Source: Octopus sinensis (Eukaryota). From it: a stretch of DNA of 64,000 bases. Made by a program: the position numbers and the translations under genes. The number at the start of each line of letters is the position of its first letter. Within the stretch, counting starts at the first letter, position 1. Below, in pieces: positions 11,942 to 25,539 of the stretch. The notes beneath the pieces were generated by a model. It was not told the DNA's origin. It saw nothing but the letters and a program-made list of their open reading frames with translations, and did not search any database. The DNA lies in contig NC_043009.1 of NCBI RefSeq assembly GCF_006345805.1, positions 50,096,001 to 50,160,000 on the forward strand, written 5' to 3'.

Positions 11942-12879
11942 GGGGGGAGAAAGAGAGAGAGATCCGTACATTCACAAACGCACACAGATTAATATTGTTA
12001 TTATTTATTAACTGGATGAACGTGGACTCCCCGCAATTTGAAAATCAGGAAGAAAATGTTACAAAGTTGCTGCAAATCATTCACTTCCACTGCACCAATT
12101 ACTGCACCATAGCTTGCTATATGCTGTCTGCAGAGGAAATTGGTGTTATGATGTTCAGCTTTATCAGACTTTCTTTTTCTAATTTGCTGTAATCATTTTA
12201 TAATAATTGCTCACAGTATGTGCAGCATTACAGATTATGACAAAGACAAAATATAGTAAAAAAAAAAAAAAAAAAAAAAGAATAATATAAAATATGAAGG
12301 GAGGAAAGAAAAAAAAAAACTGTCGTGGTGGGGCAACACATGAAATTAAAGGAAAATATATAAATAAAAATAGTAGGAAAGAAAAGAAAATCCTGTCCGT
12401 CAGTGTCTATCTGAGAATATAATAGATTGGAAGTAAAATTGACAGATTTTTTTGCCTTGAGCTAACTTTCTGGAGTATTTTGAACAAGTCTTTTACACAC
12501 ACACACACCTCTTTCTTTCCTACACACACACCACACACACACACGCACACACATACGCACGCAGTCTGAAAGTTCCACATGCAATCATATACATCATTAT
12601 ATTTATACTAATGATTAGAGTTAGTTTTGTTACCATGCAAAAGTGGACTTATATATATATGTATATATATATATACACACACAAACACATGCACTGACAA
12701 CTTTCACACTCCCAAGACACATACAAATGCATGCAATCTGCGTGCAGATTTACATAGAACACACACTATGTGCATACCCATCACTTATGCCGTTCGACAT
12801 ACAATTATACAAACAATTATGTTCACACTCACATGACAGTGTACAATCACATCAGTGCATATGCAAATATATACACACA

Positions 12880-12881
12880 CA

Positions 12882-12966
<85 letters not shown>

Positions 12967-12981
12967 CAAATATATATACAT

Positions 12982-13054
<73 letters not shown>

Positions 13055-13111
13055 ATATATATAATATATAATATATATATATATATGTAATATGTATTAT
13101 GGATATATATA

Positions 13112-13147
<36 letters not shown>

Positions 13148-13175
13148 GTATATATATATATATATATAGATATAT
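12880..13175. repeat. (TA)n compound microsatellite
   Basis: Directly visible. Confidence 0.95.
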
Positions 13176-13520
13176 ATATATGCATACACATACATGCGTG
13201 CATGCATTGGCGCATGTATGTATGTACACATGCACATGCACACACAACACATGCCTAGACCTCCTTGACTTGTTTTTGTTCCTTGCCAGGTCTCCTGAAT
13301 CACCCCCCACCAGAACCAAACACAATCAAGACAGCTAATCAGTAACTTCTACTTTAGGCCAAAAAATCTGGGACCACATTAGAGTGAAGTGTGGGGGTGT
13401 ATAAAGACTGGGGTCTGGAAATGTTATTGTCAACAGAACTCTGTTGGAGGACAATAATAACTTCTCATCCCCTTTATATATATTATATATATATTATAAT
13501 AATATATATATAGATTTATA

Positions 13521-13577
<57 letters not shown>

Positions 13578-13580
13578 TAT

Positions 13581-13638
<58 letters not shown>

Positions 13639-13687
13639 TATATATATATATAGGTATATATATATATAAACATACACACACTTATGT

Positions 13688-13725
<38 letters not shown>

Positions 13726-14253
13726 CTTCTACTTTCTCCTTCTTTCCTGTCTCTCTTCTCTTTATCCCTTGCTTTTACTCTCTTTTTTTACCTTTCTCTC
13801 CTGTAGCCCCCATAGTATGTCGTTGTCCTCATCTATTTGGACAGTCTTAGAAAATAGAAAAAATAAACACGTACATATGACAAGATTTAATATTCTTAAC
13901 ATATAGTTTTATTAACTAAACGAACAAGCAAACAATGAAAGGAATGAAAAATGAAAGGTAAAAGAAAAATATCCCTAAAGGAGGATATCAAATAATGATT
14001 TCGTTCTGAGGGCGAAGGCGTATTTTATAAATGCAGGGAAGAATATAGACAAATTAATCATCCCCACTATTTTACAAGTACTTTCTTTTAATAAACTCAG
14101 AGAGATGAACAGCAAAGTCAATTCTTGCAGAATTAGAACACAAAAGAGTAAAACACTAAGAAAATCAGGAGATGAAATTAAAAGATAAAATAGATTACAA
14201 AGACTATATACATCTTCCATCGTTGAGAAGTGAACTTTCTAACCATACAGCCA

Positions 14254-14284
<31 letters not shown>

Positions 14285-14349
14285 TTGTGTATCTAGCTAT
14301 TTATCTATCTCTTTATCTGCCTACCTACCCCTCTCTCTCATTCTTTCAC

Positions 14350-14746
14350 TATATTCATTCATTTTTTATTCTTTTATTTTTTTCAGTCATTGAGTGCAGC
14401 CATGCTGGAGCACCACCTTTAGGTCGAGCAAATCAACCCCAGGACTTATTCTTTGTAAGCCTAGTACTTATTCTATCAGTCTCTTTTGCTGAACTGTTAA
14501 GTTACGGGGATGTAAACGCACCAGCATCAGCTGTCAAGTGATGTTGTGGGGACACACAAACACACACACACACACATATATATGATGGGCTTCTTTCAGT
14601 TTCTGTCTACCAAATTCATTCACAAGGCTTTGGTCAGCCCGAGGCTATAGTAGAAGACACTTGTCCAAGGTGCCACGCAGTGGGACTGAACCCGGAACCA
14701 TGTGGTTGGTAAGCAAGCTACTTATCAAACGGCCACTCTTGTGCCT
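14350..14746 (-). mobile_element. SINE working family A (tRNA head + CORE-like + internal microsatellite + second module)
   Basis: Reverse complement aligns by eye along its whole length with 23258-23662 and 62322-62731. Confidence 0.9.
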
Positions 14747-15302
14747 ACATATATATAAAAATAGATTGACAGACAGAAAGAGAGACAAACAGGCAGGCAG
14801 GTAGGTAGGTAGATAGATAGATAGATACACACACACACACATACACACACGCACACACACATTCTCATACAGTGTTTTTAAGAAATGAAAAAAAACTGAA
14901 CTTAAAGCAAATTAATAGCTAATGAGTTTCAGTATCAGCAGAAAGACCATAATATGAATGATATATTTTGCTACCACTCAAATTTTTGTATAGATTTTAA
15001 ATATAAAGTAATACTTGAAAACTATATTTAATTTGTCTCAATGCCAGAACCATGAAAACACAGTAAACTGAGTTCATGCTATACCTGACTGTCTTTTTAC
15101 AACACTACTCAGCCCTTGAATAACTTTAGCATAGTCCACCTTTTTGCATGCTTTTGGCTCAGATCTCTAGTCTAAGTACTCGTGGCTCAACATCTGGATA
15201 TATTGCTTCCTACTATAGTGACCCAAGAGTCATTCTTTCTTCTTCCCTCTCTCCACTGCCTGTCTTAGAGACTCTAAAATGTAATGGTTTCTGTTATTCA
15301 TA

Positions 15303-15702
15303 TCTCTATCAGCGCCATCGAAGTCGACTCTCGGTCACTTGTTGGATCAGAGTCCTCCATTCAGTTCTATCCTGGGCCGCTTCCTTCAGATTGGCCATGT
15401 CCATTCTGGTATCACACCTGATGGCGTCAAGCCAGCGGGTTCTTGGTCGGCCTCTTCCTCTCTTGCCACTGACCATTCCGAGCATGATGCCCTTCTCCAG
15501 GGATTTTCTCCGCATAATATGACCGAAATATGCCAATCTATGCTTGGTGATCCCAGCATCTAGCGACATTTTCGGCCTTATCTGCTTAAGAACTTCTGCA
15601 TTGGTGAGCCTCGTTGTCCATGGAATCTGCAAAAGTCTTCTCCAACACCAAAGCTCAAATGCATTAATTCTCTTCTGGCCAGCTTTCTTTAGTGTCCAGG
15701 TC
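15303..15702 (-). mobile_element. 5'-truncated RTE/BovB-like LINE 3' end, reading frame intact, 14-bp TSD
   Basis: Translates TWTLKKAGQKRINAFELWCWRRLLQIPWTTRLTNAEVL...RLAYFGHIMRRKSLEKGIMLGMVSGKRGRGRPRTRWLD..., the typical RTE ORF C-terminus; TSD TTCTGTTATTCATA at 15289-15302 and 15724-15737. Confidence 0.9.
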
Positions 15703-15879
15703 TATGGATCAAAAGTGTAAGAATTCTGTTATTCATACTCTGATCAAATCACTAGGGTGATGAAATATTGGGGTTCTAGCTCATGGGTCATGTGTTCAAA
15801 TAGTATTATAGGCTAGCTTGATTTCTTGTGCCAAGTGTAGCAGTGTCTACATTTCTCAGTTCAAATAGTTGCTAATATT

Positions 15880-16080
15880 ATTGCCGTTTAGCCTTAGGTC
15901 ATCCCTGATTGAGGAAGCTTCTAGAATGGTCACAGCTGGAACACATAGAGAGTTGAAGCTAGTTGTGTTCCAGCCATGATCCTCCAATAATGCTTCAAAT
16001 ACTACACTGTCTAAAGTGTACTCCATTTTGTAAGTTTGTAGGTGTAATCAAAAAGAGAATTGCTACTATTTCAAGCAAGG
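15880..16080 (-). mobile_element. Old SINE-like repeat, working family E
   Basis: Similar to copies at ~30600-30730, 36340-36500, 41470-41640, 48640-48790, 53760-53950, 56460-56640 and 60085-60235; decayed (AAC)n-type end. Confidence 0.55.
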
Positions 16081-17389
16081 AAAAAGACTAGGTATAAGCT
16101 TTTTAGTTGGTTCATTGAACTAGAAGTGAGGAAGAGTGTTATCTACAACAGAGAAGCATTACTGCCAATCCATTGGTAGATTTTTCTCTTATTTTCTTGA
16201 TGGTGTTGAATCCATATTTATAATTTTCTATTGGTATGTGAAAATAGAGACCATACACACACAAAACTAAACCACATAAAAGGAATTAAAACTAAAATCA
16301 TTCTAAACACATTCTCATTTATATAAATTATAAAAGCAAAACAAAACAAAAAAATAATGCTTTCAATATTACATATATATAGCTATGATATTTAATTTTT
16401 TTTAAACTCAATAAATTATTACTTTCAGCCTCACATTGGTGTTTGAATAAATGTGTTTGTATGTATCTGTCTACCTATCTAGCTTGTGTATGTATAAGTG
16501 ATAGAGGAATAAATTTTGACTTTTAATCTGTTCATATAAAGGAAATTAATATAGCTTTGAAATTAATATGGAATGAATAAAAATCAGTGTAAAATAATAT
16601 TTTGAAAGTAATTAGATATTTAGTCAAATAATAGTTTAATGCAAACAAACACTCTTTTTCTCTTGCACACAATCTCTGGCACACGCATACATACATGCAT
16701 ATACACACAAAACATCATGAACACACAATGGCCGTCACTGATGCAAGAACAACAAGAACAACATACTGCATTTATTAACTTTATAGAATCTATTCTAGTT
16801 TATTTTTAAAAATAATTACTTTGAAATATTACTGTTTCTCATGGTTCATGGATTTAAGTCTATAAATTTAACTGTGGAACACAAAGTTGAAAGCCATTCA
16901 GGAAATTTTCCACACCAATATATTTCCTTGGAAACAAGCAGAGGGAGGTGGTGGACATGATATAGGGTAGGTTGAAAGTTTGGTGAAAATAATAATAATG
17001 AAAAAAAGCTAAAGAGCAAAAAACAAATTGACAAATAATGCGATAGAAATTTATAAATAAAATAACCATTGAAATATAACATATGTGCAAAGGTGTGTAT
17101 ATGTGTATATATGTATGTGTGTACATATGTGTATGTATATCTATATGCATGTGCATATATATACATGTGTATACATATATATATGTATATACATATGTGT
17201 GTGTATATGTGCATACACACACACATATATAAGTGTATATGTATATAAAGTGTATTTGTATGGTAGTGGATGTGAAAAGAGAATAATAATAATAAAACAC
17301 TTTATTTTTTATATAATAGATATACATAAATAGTTGATGTTTTGAATTTATGCAGAAATCAATAGACAATTAATGACGACACTACTTTT

Positions 17390-17401
17390 ACGATGATGAT
17401 A

Positions 17402-17455
<54 letters not shown>

Positions 17456-17500
17456 GTGTTGTTGATGATGATGATGATGATGATGGTGGTGTTGATGAAG
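17390..17500. repeat. (GAT)n microsatellite
   Basis: Directly visible. Confidence 0.95.
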
Positions 17501-17659
17501 ATTGGATATTTAAAAAAAAAATCCCCTAATTAGCTTCCAGAAGAGCAAAATTATTCCATGAATTAAAAAACCGCCATCCAACCCCACAAAAACTTCCTAA
17601 TCTATCATATTGGTCTTTTTGGTACCACTGAAAAATGTATGAAAATATAAAAATAATAT

Positions 17660-17690
<31 letters not shown>

Positions 17691-17989
17691 CAGATAGAAA
17701 AAGACAATAGCAAAACAGAAACTTTTCGACTTTAGCCCTGAGTTCCATTAGATTACTTCTCTCTTTCTCTCTCCCTCTCTATTCAATTCGACTCCATAAA
17801 TTCCCAGTATAGTTTATTAGAAACTTTGTCACCAACATAAAAATGTTATATCGTTTGCCGTTTCTATCTCCTATCATTTCTCTTTCTTGTGTATTTTTTA
17901 TTATACTGTATTTTAATGTATTTTATTTTATACTTCTTTGTTACTTTGAGAGTCCACCAGCCATAAATAAGGTTTTAAAATTCATATAG

Positions 17990-18270
17990 CTATATATATA
18001 TATATATATATAGCATATATATATATATATATATACATATATACTATACATATATATGATATATATAAATATATATATATATATAAATATATATATATAC
18101 ATATATATATACATAAATATATATACACATAATATATATAGACATCTATATATGAATATATATAATATATATATATATATATATAATATAGATATATACA
18201 CAATAATATAATATATATATATATATATATCTATATATATTATATATATATATATATATATACATACATA
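17990..18270. repeat. (TA)n compound microsatellite
   Basis: Directly visible. Confidence 0.95.
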
Positions 18271-19436
18271 TAGCTGCATATTTCTTCATTTATTCATCAT
18301 CTTTCCAAACAATAAGAGTGTCTAAAAAAAAAATTGCATCATTATTTATTCATTTGTTTGTTTATTTATTTGACAAGCTAGATGCTGAACCAACACAATA
18401 CTAAAAGTTAGAATGCAATGTGTAGTGCATGTGCATGTCTGAGTGCGCATGTGTGTGTGAGGGGGGAGAAAAATAGAGGGAAAGAGAGAGAGAGAGAGAG
18501 AATGCTGACTGAGCAAATTCTGTTTCCACTTAAGACATTTTTTTTTTTTTTTTTTTTAAATATGAAATAAAATGAATTAGGGTGGAGGATTATAGTGACC
18601 CCTATTAAGAGCTTTTGCAATCCCTAAAAAGAAATTTCAAATCATCTGGAATATTTTCAATGAAAGTTAAGACGTGAATGAATGTTATAAATTAAAAATA
18701 GAAACCCAGTAACAAAACGTGAAAAGCCTATTGTAAAAATAAAGCGACAAGACACACTGGTCTCACATTATGAGTATTTTCATTTTCTCTCTAAGTCCTT
18801 CCTATTCATTTAATATATTAAAAAAAATTTTTTTTTTTATGTTTCTTTTTCTTTTCTCACCACATACCATTTTGTGTCCTGCTAATATGCCTGTCGCTCC
18901 TGTCTTGCCCTGTTTCTCAATACCAAATATATAGCAAAGATGATGAGGACCAAATACAAAAGAAAGCATCATTACACCTGCTAGCTTAATAGCTATCTAA
19001 CCCCCTTCAAAAACACACACACACACACACACTCACACACAACACACACACACACACACACTCACACACACACACACACACACACATACACACACATACA
19101 CATACATGCACTCTCTCTCTCTCTTCTCCCTCTCCCTATTTTTTCTCCACTTGCTAGTTTTTTTGTCTTTTCTTTTTTCATCAGTTTGTTCTCCCACACT
19201 TCACTTTATTTGGGCCTTTATTTTTTTACAAGGAGGCAACAAGATACTTAACTTCACACCACACCACACCACACCAACAACACCATCAGCATCATCACCA
19301 CCACCACCAACCACAGATACTTTGAATCACTGAATGGCTCCATCACAAAAGTTTTGCTCAAATTTGAACTTGTTTATAGCAATCACTCACACATACACAG
19401 ATGTATGTGTATACATGTGTGCATATATGAATATAT

Positions 19437-19527
<91 letters not shown>

Positions 19528-19582
19528 TAGGTAGGTAGATAGATAGACAGAGCAAGAAATATAATGAAGGGGTGTATATATT

Positions 19583-19614
<32 letters not shown>

Positions 19615-20272
19615 CCCTTGATATTCTTGCCTTTTATTACATCTATTAATTTCTCAGCCAACTGCTTTGCATGTATGTCAATATCCGTGCATGCATGTAT
19701 GTAAGAAATTTGGGATGTATATTGTATTTGTGGAACGAAAATATATGTGAATGGGTGAGAATGCATAAGAGTGCCTGTGCAGATGTGAGAAGGTGTGTGC
19801 ATGCATGTGTGAATGAGTGTTGATATCTTAGAATTACAGTTTTACTTAAGCTATATACAAATGTAAGAAATGAAAGTTGCAAAATAAGATTGGGAAAGAT
19901 AAAAAAAAAAGACACCAACAAAAGCAACATAGAAACAGTAACAACAAAGAATATTTCCTGCTTAAAAGACTGGAAATTTATAATGGAATGTCATAATTGA
20001 ATTTTCACCCACAACATATCACTTCAAATAAGCATATACATATGAATAAACCACTGTCATATACACACCTGTCTTTATGTGCATGTGTCTGCATGTGAAT
20101 AGTGTGTGTGTGTGTAGGGTATGTATATATATATGTATGCATATATCTGGGTATAAACAAATAAACATAATATGTACCAAAATTTTAACAGAGATATAAA
20201 TTCATTCATTCAATCAGATAAATACTGATATATGCATGTACTCAGAGTTACACATTTTCATACACACTTAGT

Positions 20273-20500
20273 TTAACCCTTTCATTACTGTATTTATTTT
20301 GAGATGCTCTGTGTTTCTTTCAATTAATTTAAATATAACAAAGAATTTAGTAAAATAACTTAGTTATCATTCAGCTAGTATTAGAAACATAAATTGTGAC
20401 TAAGGTTTGGTGGAAGATTTTAATTCAAAACTTATGAAAACAAGACATTTGTACTCAGAGCCAGAGCCGGTTTCAGCCGGGTTGGTAACGAAAGGGTTAA
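20273..20500 (+). mobile_element. piggyBac-like MITE, working family P1 (~228 bp including both TTAA)
   Basis: TTAA-CCCTTTCATTAC ... GTAACGAAAGGG-TTAA; four near-identical copies in the window. Confidence 0.9.
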
Positions 20501-20861
20501 TACACAGAGAATTTCCAGAGCAAAGAAAAAAGGAGGGGAAAAGAAGAAAAAAAACCCAGAAGTACAGTACATTCCATGAGTTTTCACTATTCATCAACTG
20601 AAATGAAGATCAGCATTGAAAATTAAATGAATGTTGAAATCATAAATCATAACAACGAAGATAAATGATTGATTGAGTGGTTATTACTGGCAATGGAGTA
20701 CAAATGCCAACCCACCACTGCTCCACATGGCAGACATTAAAGTTGGATGAGCCAACAAGGGGGACTTCTACATAGTCACTCAACGTATGCAAGAAATAGC
20801 AACCAAATCCCTCACAAATCACATGTTAGCATTTTGAAAAGAAATAATCAGGTGTGGTGAT

Positions 20862-21047
20862 AGGCACAGGCATGGCTGTGTGGTGAGAAGCTTGTTTCTC
20901 ACCCACGTGGTTCTGAGTTCAGTCCCACTGTGTGACACCTTGGGCAAGTGTCTTCTACTATATCTTCAGGCTGACGAAAGCATTTTGGGTGGATTTGGTA
21001 GATGGAAATTGAAAGAAGTGTGTCGTATTTGTGTGTGTGTGTGTGTG

Positions 21048-21097
<50 letters not shown>

Positions 21098-21293
21098 CCA
21101 TGTGTGAGTGTGTATCTGTGTTTGTCCCCAAACACTGCTTGACAACTGGTGGTGGTGTGTTTGGCAAAAGAGACCACTAGAATAAGTACTAGGCTACCAA
21201 AAAAATAAGCCCAAGGGTCGATTTGTTCAACTAAAACCCTTCAAGGTGGTTCCCTAGCATGGCCACAGTCAAATGACTGAAACAAGTAAAAGA
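20862..21293 (+). mobile_element. SINE family A with expanded internal (TG)n
   Basis: Head AGGCACAGGCATGGCTGTGTGG; tail GTCAAATGACTGAAACAAGTAAAAGA. Confidence 0.9.
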
Positions 21294-21559
21294 TAACAGA
21301 TATTGAATTATGTATCTTTGAGATATTAGGTCAGAAATAAAATAAAAAAGACAAGACTGTTACAGCTGGAATAATTTTTAAAATAGACAGTTTTATCAGA
21401 ATTGACCTGTGGCTAAACAGTAATACTTAGAGTTAGATTTCATTTAATGCAGAAAAAAGTTGTAAAGAAAGAAAGAGAGAGAGTGAGAGAGAGACAGACA
21501 GACACAATAAAACACATTATGTGTACTACACATATATATGGGACAGACATATTGAGGTA

Positions 21560-21831
21560 TGAGAGAGGTGGTGCCAGATAAAAAATGCACTGATTATGGT
21601 GCCATGCAAAAAGAACTAGAGATTGTACTATGTAAAAAGCACTGGTGAAGGTGCCATGTAAAAAGTACCCAGTATGCTCTGTAAAGTGGTTGACTTTAGA
21701 AAGGGGAGCCAAGTGTAGAAACCAAGCCAAAACAAACTATGGAAACTGGTGCCCGCCCCCGGTCTTTCCAGTTCCTTTCAAGCTGTCCAACCCATGCCAG
21801 CATGGAAAATAGACATTAAATGACGATGATG
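21560..21831 (+). mobile_element. Older family B-related SINE 3' part
   Basis: GGTGCCAYGTAAAAAGCAC-like subrepeats; CCAACCCATGCCAGCATGGAAAA; GATGAT tail. Confidence 0.7.
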
Positions 21832-21910
21832 AGAGGGGGAGAGAGTAGTGTGAGAGGCAAGAAGGCAGAAAGGAGATATAAATTAAGTATATGATTATTA
21901 ACAAGGGATT

Positions 21911-21949
<39 letters not shown>

Positions 21950-22058
21950 GGAGAAAGAGATAGTGGGAGGAGGAAGAGAGTAGCAGACAGACAGACAGAT
22001 AAAGAGACAGAGCATGATTACTGACATGAGATAGTCATTGGTTTACAACATAGTTCAT

Positions 22059-22154
<96 letters not shown>

Positions 22155-22903
22155 CAGAGAGACAGAGAGACAGAATAAAACACATTATGTGTACTACACT
22201 AATATATGGGACAGACATATTGAGGTATGAGAGAGGTGGTGCTAGAGAAACTAAAAGAAGGAGAGAGGGAAAGAGAAGGACTACATGATTATTGACACAG
22301 ATTCTTATGGGTTTACATCATGGTTCCAAATATTTATTCTTTTAATTCTAAGTCTGCTAACTATAACTCAATTAAATGTAAGTAAGTCTCACATTGTTTT
22401 GGCAAAATTTCCATAAACTACTTGTAAATTAAACATTGCAATCATTTTGTCTGTGTAATAATATCAGTTTCTTCTCTCCAAACATTACATTAGGTTGATT
22501 TCTCAGGATTTATAACAGAGCGAAGACCAAGTTATCATATATTAGCTAAGTCCACCTTGCCTGCGATTGCTGCAACCATTACAGAAACTTGCAGATGTAT
22601 CAAGACATACCCAGACTGTCATAGTGGTGTCAGGGAAAATTGGATTGCTTCTGTTGTACCAATTGCTCCCAGGGAAACTATTAACATGTACATATCGAAA
22701 GGTATGAGAAGAACAGCATGTTAAGGTACAGGTAAGAGGTACATATTGAAGTGTAAAGTGGTACTGCACTAAGTTACAAGATGGGTAAAATGTTAAGGTG
22801 AGGTAAGGGTGACATGTGAAACTTTAGAAGGATAAGGTTTGAGAAATGTGACACACAAAGGTGTAGGAAGGATGACAAAGGTGTTGAAAGAGGTAATAAA
22901 TCA

Positions 22904-22939
22904 ATTACACCTCCCACATCAACAAGTGGGAGGTGTAAT
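22904..22939. other. Perfect 14-bp inverted repeat with 8-nt loop
   Basis: ATTACACCTCCCAC-atcaacaa-GTGGGAGGTGTAAT. Confidence 0.9.
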
Positions 22940-23257
22940 GCATCAAAATATAGGAAGAAAAAATTACAGGTAGGGCTACATGTTGAGGTGCAAAAAGGTA
23001 TCACATGGAGGATTATTATCATCATCAGTTAATATCCACTTTAGTGTTTGCATGGATCAGGAAGAATTTGTTGAGGCAGATTTTTTTCAGGTAGATGCAC
23101 TTCTTGTCATCATCCCTCACCAATTTCCAAGCAAGAAAATATTTTTCCACAGCTACATGTGTTTTTATTGAAACACTGAAATTGAAGAACCTTGCTTGAA
23201 TGATGATGATGATGATGCTAAATTAGAACTATTGCATAATGGGAGAATAAAACACAT

Positions 23258-23662
23258 AGGCGCAGGAGTGGCTGTGTGGTAAGTAGCTTGCTAACCAACC
23301 ACATGGTTCCGGGTTCAGTCCCACTGCATGGCATCTTGGGCAAGTGTCTTCTGCTATAGCCCCGGGCCGACCAATGCCTTGTGAGTGGATTTGGTAGATG
23401 GAAACTGAAAGAAGCCTGTTGTATATATGTATATATATATATAGGTGTGTGTGTATATATTTGTGTGTCTGTGTTTGTCCCCCTAGCATTGCTTGATAAC
23501 CGATGCTGGAGTGTTTACGTCCCCGTAACTTAGCAGTTCGGCAAAAGAGACCGATAGAATAAGTACTGGGCTTACAAAGAATAAGTCCCGGGGTTGATTT
23601 TCTCGACTAAAGGCGGTGCTCCAGCATGGCCGCAGTCAAATGACTGAAACAAGTAAAAGAGA
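23258..23662 (+). mobile_element. Young full-length SINE family A
   Basis: Intact head AGGCGCAGGAGTGGCTGTGTGGTAAG, B-box-like GGGTTCAGTCCC, CORE-like TTGGGCAAGTGTCTT, tail AAGTAAAAGAG. Confidence 0.92.
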
Positions 23663-23719
23663 GTATGTGTACTACACTAAGATATGGTATAGACAATGTA
23701 TTAAGGTATGAGAGAGGTG

Positions 23720-24141
23720 GCACCACATAAAAAATCACTGGTAATGGTATCATGTAAAAAGCACCTAGTGCACTCTGTAAAATGGTTGCCATTAGGAAGT
23801 GCATCCAACAGTAGAAAACAAGCCAAAACAAACTATGGAATCTGATCTTTCTAGTTCCTGTCAAGCCGTCCAACAAATTCCAGCATGGAAAACAGACGTT
23901 AACTCTTTCGTTACCGTATTTATTTTGAGATGCTCTGTGTTTCTTTCAATTATTTTAAAATATAACAAAGAATTTAGTAAAATAACTTAGTTATCATTCA
24001 GCTAGTGTTAGGAACAGAAATTGTGACTAAGGCTTGGTGGAAGATTTTAATTCAAAACTTATGAAAACAAGACATTTTACCACAGAGCCAGAGCCGGTTT
24101 TGGCCGGGTTAGTAACAAAAGGGTTAAATGATGATGATGAT
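23720..24141 (+). mobile_element. Family B-related SINE 3' part interrupted by MITE P1 at the TTAA before its tail
   Basis: GGAAAACAGACG-TTAA [MITE] TTAA-ATGATGATGATG reconstitutes the tail seen at 21811-21831. Confidence 0.8.
23899..24127 (+). mobile_element. piggyBac-like MITE P1
   Basis: TTAA TSD at 23899-23902 and 24124-24127; body matches 20273-20500. Confidence 0.9.
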
Positions 24142-24554
24142 ATCTATACATATATGAGATATTCAGCTATCGGTTCCATTGTCTGGGGATTAATAAATTC
24201 TATGTATTTTGTATATTTGAACAGTGCAGCGAATTCTACATTCCCTAATTTACCTATCAACTGATATAAAAAAAATAAGCTCATACATCATCTAAAACAG
24301 TAGTTCTTAACTTTTTGTAGTTTAACACCCCTCTTTTGCAGAATGGCATTTTACAAATGCCTCTTCCCTGTGTTTTGCCAATCCTATACCATTTCTACAA
24401 GAAAAAAAAAAACAGTAGCTAATTTAACACGTTTATTTATGACCAATATTTTTCATAATGACCCACATCTGTTATGTGTCTCTTTTCAGATATTTGCCTG
24501 GACTAGTGCTCTGTTTGTTAAATTTTTGTTGAAATTACTACAAAAGAAAAAACA

Positions 24555-24966
24555 AGGTGCAGGAGTGGCTGTGTGGTAAGTAGCTTGTCTACCAACCACA
24601 TGGTTGCGGGTTCAGTCCCACTGCATGGCACCTTGGGTAAGTGTCTTCTACTATAGCCTCGGGCCGACCAAAGCCTTGTGAGTGGATTTGGTAGACGGAA
24701 ACTGAAAGAAGCCCGTCGTATATATGTATATATATGTATGCGAGTGTGTATTTGTGTGTCTGTGTTTGTCCCCTAGCATTGCTTGACAACCGATGCTGGT
24801 GTGCTTATGTCCCCGTTACTTAGCGGTTCGGCAAAAGAGACCGATAAAATAAGTACTGGGCTTACAAAAGAATAAGTCCCGGGGTCGAGTTGCTCGACTA
24901 AAGGCGGTGCTCCAGCATGGCCGCAGTCAAATGACTGAAACAAGTAAAAGAATAAAAGAATAAAAA
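24555..24966 (+). mobile_element. Young full-length SINE family A
   Basis: Same structure as 23258-23662; tail (TAAAAGAA)n. Confidence 0.92.
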
Positions 24967-25539
24967 GGAATTATGTAACAAAATTATTATTGTGCATTGG
25001 TACATCCTAATTCTGTTCACTAATGTTCTATTCATATTTTAATATTGACATTAAGAAATGTTTTTGAAAATGTGTTCGAAGATGTAAATATTGTTTTAAG
25101 ATAAAGGTATAAATATTATTGAAAATATAATAGCATTTATGATATAAACATTGTATAAAATATTGGCTTAAATACTTAGTTCATTGAAAAACTACACTTC
25201 ATTAAATACCCAACATCTCACATGATAAACTCACAACATTGACAAGGGGGTGTAAAATAATTGTGTTCAAAAGATCCACTAGTATCCTATGTAAGGGAAG
25301 AATTATATCTCATCTGAAGGTCATCATAAAAATTGTGCCAGATACTCAAGGCACAAGAGATTATGGAGAAATATATCAAGGCATAAGGTATCATATTTTT
25401 GTGCATATATCTTATGAAGGAGTACTTTGAATAAGTATGATATTGCCTTACAGAGTTTTATTATTGGGATATTTTGATGAAATAGACTGCATGTAATTGG
25501 CATGAAGGTATTTGAGAAAAAATAAACTGGAGGGAGTAT

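Noticed and set aside
13290-13341. Plus-strand exon candidate after TTGTTTTTGTTCCTTGCCAG (GLLNHPPPEPNTIKTAN)
   Set aside because: Weak donor (GTAACT), no homology, no compatible neighbouring exon
22549-22701. ~50-codon open frames ending at AAG|GTATGA
   Set aside because: No usable acceptor, two frames equally open, nothing recognisable; more likely decayed repeat
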